From NCBI RefSeq assembly GCF_001194135.2, contig NC_068981.1, positions 180,944,181-181,006,628 on the forward strand: DNA of 62,448 nt, read 5' to 3'. The translations under genes were made by a program, and so were the position numbers. Below the pieces are notes generated by a model, which saw only the letters and a list, made by a program, of their open reading frames with translations, had not been told where the DNA came from and made no database searches. Positions 1-11,373 of this stretch are shown piece after piece. Every line of letters starts with the position of its first letter. Within the stretch, counting starts at the first letter, position 1. This DNA comes from Octopus bimaculoides. Its lineage: Eukaryota.

Positions 1-287
1 ATTGCTTTATCTACCCTGGTACTATCAACTCGGATAGCTGGTCCCTCTATTGGGTCGACATACGGCAGGCTCTCTTTCTCCAATTCATTCTCTTTATTAA
101 GCAATCTATCGTAGTGGCATCTCCAGACCTCTTTCTTTGCATCCTCATTTAATGCAAGCGTACCATCATCCATGCGAACACATTTCTCTCCTACAACATC
201 ACTATTCTCTCTCCTACACTGTCTTGCAACACGAAATACCTCGAGTCTTTGGTCCTCACGGCGCAGAACATTGGCAAATCTTTCCTT

Positions 288-290
<3 letters not shown>
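1..290 (-). mobile_element. RTE-clade LINE ORF2 fragment (linker between endonuclease and RT), continues off the window edge
   Basis: Stop-free minus-strand frame DKERFANVLRREDQRLEVFRVARQCRRENSDVVGEKCVRMDDGTLALNEDAKKEVWRCHYDRLLNKENELEKESLPYVDPIEGPAIRVD; homologous to 26440-26720. Confidence 0.85.
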
Positions 291-325
<35 letters not shown>

Positions 326-495
326 CCGTATTTGATGGCATCTAAGACGCACTTTTCCCCCAAGGACATGTCTCGATACACTGGGCCTATACTGTATTTT
401 TTAAAACAGTAAAAACTTTTTTTCCTGAATATGTGCTGCTAAAATTGAGATTTGATTAATATTCCCGTGCAACTTTTCTTACCATAAAAATACGA
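326..495. mobile_element. Small Tc1/mariner-pogo-type MITE
   Basis: Imperfect TIRs ccgtatttgatggcatctaagacgc / cttaccataaaaatacg flanked by TA; shares the internal ttttcc(t/g)gaatatgtgctgct(a/g)aaattg motif with 51635-51825. Confidence 0.6.
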
Positions 496-2254
496 TAATA
501 TAAATAACAAATGCCATTAAAAATATAATTTTTAAAATATGTTTATTTGAATGACTTTTTTTTTTCTACATATGTTATTTCAAATAACCCTGAAATAAAA
601 GAAGGGTGAGTCTTACGTTTTAAACTGCCTTGTTGTTGCTGTAGTAGTCACAGTTAATGGGTTTATAAAATTCCGTACAGAAATCGAACTGCAAATTTTT
701 GTGATTTCGACGTATCCCTTATTGCAATAGGCGAAAAATATTTGTGGTCCTATTTGGTATCTCAACTCAACAACATTCTTCTTGCAAGTTCAACAATTCC
801 AAAACATACAGCTCCTAACTGTTCGTTCAACATGATATTAGAGTTTCGGAAACAGAAATACATCAATCTCTACATCAACATTTTCACTTCCTAATTTAAT
901 TGGATTGACAAATAAATACCACGGTGTTATCACTCTTAAATGGAACTGCCATTCTCTTATAACATTACACCGAACGGATCTTATTGATTTGGCGGACACA
1001 ATTTGTCTTCTAACGAAACACTTTCAAACTTGGGATACTGGTAGAATGTGTCATATAAAACATCTTTTTCTCTTAGCCTTAAGAAAAGTTTCTTAGACGT
1101 CAGTGATTGGTTGAAATTACCGAAATACGACCATTTTTAACATGAAATAACTTCGAATATAAATTTTTTCTCTGTTCTATAAGACAAAATACACAAGTAT
1201 ACGAAGTTTTAAAGTGTTTCGGTAGAAAACACACTAAATAAAAAATGGTTTATAGACTTTTACAGTTCCAGTAAATTTGGATGGGTGGACGGACGGACGG
1301 GATGGATGGATGGATGGATTGTCGTCACACATGATAGTTAATCCAGAGCTGGGACCCTGGCAGATGCTACAACTCTGAGAACAGTAGTGGCTAACAGCAA
1401 AACCATGGAACTCTCGAACTCCAGAATCCCATTGCCGGATGCAGTTTGAAGTCATACTCAAGACAATCCACCTGAGCGCAGTTACGCATATATACCCTTG
1501 GTTGGTGTCAGGATGCGCAGTAAAACTACTGGGAGTGAGGAACCCCTCGCTGTTGTCACAGCATCCGTCCAGAAGAGGGGACACTCTGATGTGAAACCTA
1601 CGCTTTCACGTGATTATTTGTAACTAGGTACTAATCCCGAAGTCTCAGTGGGGGGTAGTCGTGTTGTACAAGCGTTTATAACTATAATCCCATGACGTAC
1701 AGATGTCACATTATGATGACCGCATTTGTCATTCCATGTACAGAAAGTCCTATGGTGATGGAAGAGGGGCAACATGTGCAGACTTAACCAGATGGAAATG
1801 CCCAGTAAGTCACAACTTTCATCTGTCATTTATGCTTCAAACTATAAGATCAACAACAGGATTAAATAATCATCTGAAAGGTCATTGACGGAAATTCAGA
1901 AATTCCATTGACAACGAAGAAGCACAAGGAAACAGAAATTCTTTGTGAAGATGGATCGCTCACCGTGCGTGCGTGTGTGTGTGTGCAACAAAATTAACAT
2001 GGCTTTTCTCGTGCAAGAATGAAATAGAATGACCAGAAAAATAACTGTTATTAATGTGCTTTAAGAGTTGTTTCCCTTGAACAAGTAATTCAAGCAATAA
2101 ATACTGCTAAATAAAACACGAAGGACTAGAGTGGCAAATACGTTAAAGCGTGAAAAAATCTTTGTCCGTAATATTTTGTTTAAGCCTCTCTGTGTTCTGA
2201 GTTATGCATGAATTTTTAACCCTAGCCTGAAGATTATATTTTCTAAGAAAGAAT

Positions 2255-2602
2255 TCAGATGGTTCCGGGTTCAGTCCCACCGCGTGGCACCTGTCTTCTA
2301 CTATAGCCTCGGGCCGACCAAAGCCTTGTGAATGGGTTTGGTAGACGGAAACTGAAAGAAGCCCGTCGTATATATGTATATATATGTGTGTGTGTGTGTT
2401 TGTGTGTCTGTGTTTGTCCCCCCAACATCGCTTGACAACCGATGCTGGTGTGTTTACGTCCCCGTAACCTAGCGGTTCGGCAAAAGAGATCGATAGAATA
2501 AGTACTAGGCTTCCAAAGAATAAGTCCTGGGGTCGATTTGCACGACTAAAAAAGGCGGTGCTCCAGCATGGCCGCGGTCAAATGACTGAAACAAGTACAA
2601 GA
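2255..2602 (+). mobile_element. SINE family A copy (5'-truncated tRNA head + CORE-like segment + (TA/TG)n + 3' module)
   Basis: B-box ggttcagtccc and body matching the full copies at 11181 and 17521. Confidence 0.85.
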
Positions 2603-2734
2603 GTATTGTAATAATACGTACATACATACACAAACACACGCACGCACGAACGCACACACATACATACATGCATATACATACATATATATGGTTGTTAAAT
2701 AATGATTTTGTGTGTGTGTATTATCATCATCATC

Positions 2735-3275
2735 ATCATCATTATTTAATTTAACACTCTTAACTCCATGTGGGCTGGACTGTTCGTCAAGAGCTGGCGA
2801 ACCAGAGGACTGCGCCAGGTCCAGTGTCTGCTTGGGCATAGCTTTTATGGATGAACTCATTTTCTAATGCCAACTATTTTACAATTTGTGCTTTTTACAT
2901 GGCACTTATACTAGGAAGGTCACTAAGTAACTCACACCAAAAGAACCCTCAGATGAAGAGGTGGTTTTTGTATCAAAGGCCAGTCAGGCGGTACTGGCAA
3001 CGGCCACGCTCAAAATGGTGTATTTTATGTGTCACCCGCACAAGAGCCAGTCCAGGGGCACTGGCAACGATCTCGCTCTGTGTGTGTGTGTGTAAGTATG
3101 TATTTGTGTGTCTGTGTTTACATTCCCGTAACTTAGCGGTTCGGCAAAAGACACTGATAGAATAAGTACTAGGCTTACAAAGAATAAGTCCTGGGGTTGA
3201 TTTGTTTGACTAAAGGCTGTGCTCCAGCATGACTACAGTTAAATGACTGAAACAAGTAAAAAAATAAAAGAATTA
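2735..3275 (-). mobile_element. RTE 3'UTR-derived repeat (family C, -) followed by the 3' module of SINE A (+, 3080-3275)
   Basis: (CAT)n tail, gccagtcaggcggtactggc VNTR units; then ccgtaacttagcggttcggcaaaag...aaatgactgaaacaagtaaaa. Confidence 0.75.
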
Positions 3276-3764
3276 TGTCCATATCTGTTCATTATGGGAT
3301 AACATGCAGCCGAAAAATCAGCTAATAACAACATACCATTCCAACGTGATAACATACTAAAGAAGTCCCAAAGAGGTTGAAATGCATCTTACATTCTCAT
3401 TATCCACTGCTGGGATGATTTTTCGTCTCTCTCTGATATATATTGCTTTTAACACAGAATGTTAATAAGCATGTTTATCTTGGATGAAAAATGCAATATC
3501 TTGCTTGTCACTGGTACATATGCATTAAGCATGATACTTAGATAGCTATTTTACATTTTTTTAATTAAAAAAAATAGACAGAGTTTTGGAATAGTTGTCT
3601 GTTGAAGTCCAATTCCTCATGGAAAAGAGAAAGCATACTTTTGCTGCTTTCATTTTTCCTTTTTTAAGAATTCCTATGATTCATGCATGAGAAATTACGA
3701 TTATTGGGACTTTGAGTCATAGCTATTTCAAATCTTCGGTCAAAATTGCACACATAGTACAGAA

Positions 3765-3872
3765 AGAAAGAAAGGAAGAAAGAAAGAAAGAAAGAAAGAA
3801 GGAAAGAAAGAAAGGAAGGAAAGAAGGAAGAAAGAAAGAAAGGAAAGAAGGAAGAAAGAAAGAAAGAAAGAG
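3765..3872 (+). repeat. (GAAA/GGAA)n microsatellite
   Basis: Directly visible. Confidence 0.95.
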
Positions 3873-4325
3873 AGTTTAAATCTAACTGAATAAGTTTCTA
3901 ATTTTAAAAAACTTCTGCGTCATTGATTTTCAAAAAGTAAAAAATCTGAAGACCATTTTTAAGAGCATAAATAAAAAAAACAGTTAGAACATAGATTAAA
4001 AACCCACGTTTAACTTAGGGTCTTGGCTTTAATTAATGGTTGAAGCCATCTCATTGAAGCTGTTCAGTTCTTCGGGTAACATCTCGTTTTTTTCCTTTTT
4101 TTTTCTTGACAAACCTGAAGTCTTTTGTCGAAATCAGTTATAAAATCGTTGCTATAAATTCCTTGGTAATATACTCAGGCCTATACATATTTCGTTCGTC
4201 TTTACTTTCTGAGTTCAAGTTCCACTAAGGTCAACTTAGCCTTTCATCCTTTCGAAGTCGATAAAACAAATATCAGTTGAGCACTAGAATTGATATAATC
4301 AACTAGCCAAAATGTGAAATCAATA

Positions 4326-4365
<40 letters not shown>

Positions 4366-4390
4366 NNNNNNNNNNNNNNNNNNNNNNNNN

Positions 4391-4424
<34 letters not shown>

Positions 4425-5289
4425 AATAAGAAAACGGGGGGGGGATAGGTAGTAGGAATGTATGTATGTATGTATGTATGTGGACGTGTACGAACATGTG
4501 ACAATAATGAGTTAAAACAGTATAAGTTAACTATTTTGCATTAACACCGCTTTTTGGGCAAACTCTTGTTGCTATGACACCCAACTCAGCCAATGAAATC
4601 ATTTGTTTTTGAATCTATCACCATTTTAAACTAAACGTAACATTATGAATCTTTGCTGACAATTTACTTTTTTAAACTTTACTTGATTTCAGTTAATTAC
4701 AACGGTAAGTAGATTTAATTTGATAGTTAAGTGAATCTTCAGTATCTTGAGCCGTTCTTTCTATCATATATACTCTGAAGAATTGTCTATACTTTAGTGT
4801 TATATACTCTACGAGCAATTTCTGCTTGTGTGGGCATGTCTCCCAGTTCTCCATACCCATTTGTTGGGTTGTTCTTTTACCCCAGCTCTGTCCTGACAAG
4901 GTAGGCATATGTTTAAAAGCATTCCAGCCACAACCAGAACGTCTTTGGAACATCAAGGATTCCGTTATCCAATGTGTGGTATGGTTTGAATAAGATTTGG
5001 CTACTACTTCTAATCTGCTAACAACCACCCAGAGACTACCTCGCTGCCCTGAGAAATGTATTCGTCTGTGAAACCTTTTATCCAAATATAACATGACTGC
5101 AATTTATTAGTTGTTACTGTATATTTATAATGATATGGTCTGGCTGGAGAGACTCTACTCACTGCATTTGCAACCCCTCCTTGACAAATAAAACCACTGC
5201 TCTTAATGTTATATTTTCTTAAAATACATATCATCCTTCGTTACAAAAGACGGCCAAAATACAAGCTGACGACTTAAAAAAAAAAAAAC

Positions 5290-6040
5290 ATGGCCAGGGA
5301 AGAAATTTCAAGGGCAAAACTGATGTTATTGAAAGTGGGAAGATTTGAAATAGTATTTAGTGCAATGCCGAGGAGGGTAGGCAGGATAGAGGGAGAAGAG
5401 TAAGTTAGGCCTGATTAGAGGTCGCCCTAGACCAGCCATCTCCAATGAGCAGTGGTCTCTGTGGTGGTGATAATAAAAAAAATTTTTTTAAGGGGCCGAG
5501 AAAGAAGACAACACATCTGTGGAGCAGAGAATTCGATTGTTTTCGTCAGCTACTTCATACCATTCAGTAAGGTGGCTGTTCGTATGGTTAACAGCTGCAC
5601 CGCCCCAGATATGGGACCAGTATTTCATTCTAGATTTCATTTCAGCTTTGTAGAAAGTTATCAGCTGTTAACCGAAATATTTTCTGGTCATGAAGGGGAA
5701 AAGCAGTCTTTGTGATAGTTTTATGTTGAAGATGTGATTCTGAAGCCTTCTATTTGCAGCGACTTAGAAAGTTTTAGTATTGTAACGATTAGTGGTGAGT
5801 AAAGAATGTTTCCTTGATATGTGCTGTTAAAGAAACATGATAGGCTTGACCCATTGAAGAATGCTTGCAAGGTCTCTGAGCATGGAAGCAACGCAGATAT
5901 GACGTGAGGTGCCTCGGTTCGTGGCGAATTAAGCGTGTGTGTTGAAAGAGAATCGTGAAAGGTCTTATTTGGATAGGATGTTGATAGTTTTTTACAGCCT
6001 CTTGTAATTCAAATGTTAATATATTTTCCGGCCAAAATGT
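5290..6040 (-). mobile_element. Decayed CR1/L2-type LINE, C-terminal RT region
   Basis: Minus strand reads ITFYKAEMKSRMKYWSHIWGGAA, resembling the L2/CR1 motif LYKAQIRPxMEYCSHIWGGA; several stops. Confidence 0.6.
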
Positions 6041-7065
6041 ACATTTCCATCCCAAGTTACGAAATTCCAAAGAAAATCTCTAAGTGCTTGTCTAATATGC
6101 CAAAAAAGGCAACTAACCTCTGCAAGAATACATGTAAAATGGTGCCACTAATATATCATTATTGTTTAACGTCTGTCTTCTGGCATAGGCTGGATGGTTT
6201 GACAGGATCCAACGAACCAAAGCACTGTTTTAAGCTCCAATGTCTGTTTTGGCATGTTTTCTATGGCTGGTGAGCAGGTGTATACTATTGTATATTTCTT
6301 CAGGCTAACCAATGCCTTGTGAAAGTGATAGCTGGAAACTATATAGAAGCTTATCATATATGTATACGTGGGTGTATTTCTGTCTTGTGTCTTGACGTTG
6401 TTTAAGCATTTACCATAAAACAATGTAGCCATTTAGATAAGTGATGTCATTGTTTATGCCTACCATAAAAATATGTGTGGCTGGTAAGTTGCTCATCACG
6501 TAAAAGACTAAGGAAATAAGTACTTTATTTGGAAATATAGTGAATTAGTCACTAATTGTAGCTAAAGTCACTTTGTAGCTTGTTATAACACAATGGAGTG
6601 TCCACATGTGTTTACTTGAGTAGAACTCACCAGTGCTACTCAAGTACAGCTAAGAAGTGGGAGTGTGACTTATCAATTAGATCAGTGAGTGATAGAAAAG
6701 TATAAGTTATAGCCAGGTTTCAACTCAGGATTATGTAGTCAGTGTTATATTCATCATCATCATCATTTAATGTCCATTTTTCCATGCTTGCATGGGTCAG
6801 AAAGAATTAGTTGAGCTAGATTTTCTACAGTCTGATACCCTTCCTGTCACCAACCCCCACCTGTTTCCGAGCAAAGTGATATTGCCAAGGCCAGACATGA
6901 CTTTTACTGGACACAAACATCATAACTTGTATAACAATGATCCTAATTTACCACCATCACCACAAGATGCTGAGACAAGGCTATACATAAATACACACAT
7001 ATACAATGGCTTCTTTTAGTTTCTGTCAATTATTTTCTTTTAATATTTCAGATTTTACCGAAATA

Positions 7066-7093
7066 ATGTCGAGCCAAGCCATTATTGACAAAG
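7066..7093 (+). CDS. CEP95: CEP95 coding exon 1 (MSSQAIIDK+G); the exon probably starts at 7052 after tttcag, implying an upstream non-coding exon
   Basis: ATG at 7066 and donor AAG|gtaata; the phase-1 end fits exon 2. It is short, so it is supported mainly by phase and position. Confidence 0.7.
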
Positions 7094-10000
7094 GTAATAA
7101 CATTATTTAGTATTGATATTCTGTATTTTTAAATAAATATTCACTGCCTTCTATAAGTGAACTTGTCATCTTTTTATATGTACCTAGGACTAAAGTGTCC
7201 TTCCCATTTTATGACTGCAGGAGTGTCATTTGAAGAAAACTGTTGAGTGATCACATAATCTTTTTTTGTTGTTTTGTTTTTTTATATTGATTTTTTAGGT
7301 CCCTTTTATAACTTCATCATCATCATTTCTGTTGTTTAACATCCAATTTTCCATGTTTGTATGGGTCAGACAGAATTTATTGGAGTATATTTTCTATGGC
7401 TAGGTGCCCTTCCTGTCGTTAACCCTCACCTGTTTCTAAGTAAAGTAATATTTCCACATGGCCAGACATATTTCTATGGAAGATTGGAAACAAACGATAA
7501 TGATGGTCATTTACAATTATTGTGCAATATCAAGACTGGGAGACACATACAGAGGGGAGAGAAAATTATGTGGTGTACATGATAATTTCTTGGAGACATT
7601 AAGGATACAAGGAAGTGGATATGTCTGGGAATCAAAACAACGTGATCGATTTGGTTTGTTGAAAATTTGTTTATCAAATGCTATGGCAAATAGAGAGGTG
7701 GACTTGTTGTTTAGCCTACACACACACACATACACTAGCTGTGTGTAGAGAACTCCTTGGTTAAAGGTGTTCCAGTAATGACCAAGTGTTTTATTTTTAT
7801 TTTTCAGGCATGATTTATCTAAGATTGAATTATCTAATTTGTCCTTTTATTGTTTTTTAGTACAGTAGGTTGTGATTTGAAGGAGATTTGGTCGCTTTTT
7901 CAAGCAGTCTGGGTGGCAACCATATAGAAAAACTGTCATTGGATTATGTCGTAGCTTTTCGTTTCCTCTGTGTGTTTTTATTTTTTTATTTTCTTGTTTA
8001 TTGTTTTTTTGTTATGTTTTGAAATACTTCAAAGTACTTCATGTTTACACAAACCTTTTGTTGTGATCATTCAACGGATTTTCAATGTCTACTTGAATGT
8101 ATATCAAAAAATAAATAAATAGTTCGGATTAGAGAAACTGCATGTTTGAACTTGTGGAGAACAAGTGGAGCATTTAATAATGAACTTTTATATGTATCTG
8201 ATAAAATTTATCCGTGTCCCATAAGTAAGGAAATGTTCAACCCTTTTGTTACCATATTTCTGTTGAAAAACACTTAACATTCAGTTTTGATGGACGGTTT
8301 TTAATTTGGATAACGTAAAAACAGGAAGTTTGTATTATTGAACCATGGGCAGTCTCAAGCAGGTTAGTATCAAAAGGGCTAAACAGTTACTATCCTTTTC
8401 AAGGTTGCTCCACTTATGAGACACCACATCTATGGAACAGTGTAAAAATTAGTGAAATGATCCTGTTATATATAATATGATGTCTAGGATCATTTCATCA
8501 TCATCATCATCATTTTATATCTCTCCTCTCCAGACTGTTATATTTTAAAATGTGCCAGTTATTTTATTCTACATATCCATAAACAGCCTGATCCTGTTAT
8601 ATATAATATATTCTACATATCCATAAACAGACTGATCCTGTTATATATAATATGATGTCTAGGATCATTTCATCATTATCATTTATTAATCATTTTATAT
8701 CTCTCCTCTCCAGACTGTCATATTTTAAAATGTGCCAGTTATTTTATTCTACATATCCATAAACAGACTGAAAAATAACAAACGAATTACAAAATTATAA
8801 AATTTCACTTGTCTACTGCAACTGAATATTGTGATTACGGTGTGGCCTTGAAATACATCATAATGTATTTATGTATACTCACTGATCAAGGAGAAGGGGC
8901 AATGCCCATGAATTTTACAGGGCCTCTGCTACTAGTTGAGAAATAGAACAAGGGGCCAGAGACTTGATCTAAATGTTTGCAACAGAAAAGATTCTGCTAA
9001 AGTACTCAAGACCTAGGTTGAGTCTCGAGTACTTCATTCATATTTTACCCTTCTTCACATGATTTTTATACATGGATGCTCTTCCTAACATAACTCACTT
9101 TATAGATATATATATATATATATATATCATCATCATCATCATCACCGTTTAACGTCTGCTTTCCATGCTAGCACTGGTTGGACGATTTGACTGAGGACTG
9201 GTGAAACCGGATGGCAACACCAGGCTCCAATCTAATTTGGCAGAGTTTCTACAGCTGGATGCCCTTCCTAACGCCAACCACTCAGAGAGTGTAGTGGGTG
9301 CTTTTACGTGTCACCCGCACGAAAACGGCCACGCTCGAAATGGTGTCTTTTATGTGCCANNNNNNNNNNNNNNNNNNNNNNNNNNNNNNNNNNNNNNNNN
9401 NNNNNNNNNNNNNNNNNNNNNNNNNNNNNNNNNNNNNNNNNNNNNNNNNNNNNNNNNNNNNNNNNNNNNNNNNNNNNNNNNNNNNNNNNNNNNNNNNNNN
9501 NNNNNNNNNNNNNNNNNNNNNNNNNNNNNNNNNNNNNNNNNNNNNNNNNNNNNNNNNNNNNNNNNNNNNNNNNNNNNNNNNNNNNNNNNNNNNNNNNNNN
9601 NNNNNNNNNNNNNNNNNNNNNNNNNNNNNNNNNNNNNNNNNNNNNNNNNNNNNNNNNNNNNNNNNNNNNNNNNNNNNNNNNNNNNNNNNNNNNNNNNNNN
9701 NNNNNNNNNNNNNNNNNNNNNNNNNNNNNNNNNNNNNNNNNNNNNNNNNNNNNNNNNNNNNNNNNNNNNNNNNNNNNNNNNNNNNNNNNNNNNNNNNNNN
9801 NNNNNNNNNNNNNNNNNNNNNNNNNNNNNNNNNNNNNNNNNNNNNNNNNNNNNNNNNNNNNNNNNNNNNNNNNNNNNNNNNNNNNNNNNNNNNNNNNNNN
9901 NNNNNNNNNNNNNNNNNNNNNNNNNNNNNNNNNNNNNNNNNNNNNNNNNNNNNNNNNNNNNNNNNNNNNNNNNNNNNNNNNNNNNNNNNNNNNNNNNNNN

Positions 10001-10277
10001 NNNNNNNNNNNNNNNNNNNNNNNNNNNNNNNNNNNNNNNNNNNNNNNNNNNNNNNNNNNNNNNNNNNNNNNNNNNNNNNNNNNNNNNNNNNNNNNNNNNN
10101 NNNNNNNNNNNNNNNNNNNNNNNNNNNNNNNNNNNNNNNNNNNNNNNNNNNNNNNNNNNNNNNNNNNNNNNNNNNNNNNNNNNNNNNNNNNNNNNNNNNN
10201 NNNNNNNNNNNNNNNNNNNNNNNNNNNNNNNNNNNNNNNNNNNNNNNNNNNNNNNNNNNNNNNNNNNNNNNNNNNNN

Positions 10278-10322
<45 letters not shown>

Positions 10323-11342
10323 TCTATTCTTCTTCTCTTCAATAAGGACTGGTTTCATCAACGAACAAATTGTTGCAACATCTCCATGTCTATCAAGAAG
10401 TGAAATGTGTAGCAGATATTACAGCTGAAACATTTGTAATTATCTTTGAAGGTCTCTATGGTGAGAATCTCCCAGGTAAATTTTTTAAAATTTCTTAAAT
10501 ATACACACTTGTAGATTAAAACACTGTATGTATTACATTATAATGTATATACAAACATAGATCAGTACTAGCTGTAATATGTTGTCTCAGACAAACTTCT
10601 CAAAGAGACTATCATGCTGAAAATACAGTTTTGCTCAGAGTGCTAGTGGACAAGGTGTTTGAATTTGATTTAGTCTCCTCAGTGACAAATACCCTCCCTG
10701 GGTGTTTTGTGTTAAGCCAAAAATAGTTATTCTGATACAATAATCAGTTAAAAAAAAAGATTATGATTTGTGCAAAAGCTAATGAAGCTAGAATTAATTT
10801 AATATACTCTCTCGAAACAGCCTTATGTTGAAATACTGTGTGTATAGCATAATGTGTACACATGAAATGGCTGTAGCTCTAATATTTTGTCTGAAAGAAA
10901 CTTTTCAAGCAGACTTGTCTGTTAAGAACACTGAACTTTGCTCAGAATATCAGTGGATTACCAGACACAGTATTTCAACTTGATTTGGTGAGCTTGGTGA
11001 CAAATATCCTGGTCATTCTGTGCTAAGTTGAAAATGCTTGTTCCTGTATAGAAATTGGTAATAAAAACAAAACAAAAGACCATTTATTGATTTGTGTGAA
11101 AGTTAGCCTAATTAGAATTAAATTAATACATGCACTCAGAGCAACTTCAAAATACTGGCGTGTATAGTATTTATAATGAGGCACAGGAGTGGCTGTGGTA
11201 AGTAGCTTGCTTACTGACCACATAGTTCCGGGTTCATTCCCACTGCGTGGCACTTTGGGCAAGTGTCTTCTACTATAGCCTCGGGCCAACCAAAGCCTTG
11301 TGAGTGGATTTGGTAGACGGAAACTGAAAGAAGCCTGTCGTA

Positions 11343-11373
<31 letters not shown>

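Noticed and set aside
1320-1960. GC-richer segment that might be a LINE 5' region or an exon
   Set aside because: All frames are interrupted and no motif is convincing; probably an unclassified decayed repeat.
4050-4150. Possible non-coding first exon of CEP95 (donor-like ttg|gtaata, cgg|gtaaca)
   Set aside because: Donor-like motifs alone are insufficient without transcript data.
4693-5094. 133-aa minus-strand ORF; weak piggyBac-like words (FWLWLEC..AYL) in another frame
   Set aside because: No recognisable domain or splice support; the resemblance is too weak without BLASTx.
9201-10428. Long ORFs of 330-400 aa in the ORF track (also 34592-35364 and 35752-36595)
   Set aside because: They are read-through of N-gaps plus (TA)n; these are artefacts.
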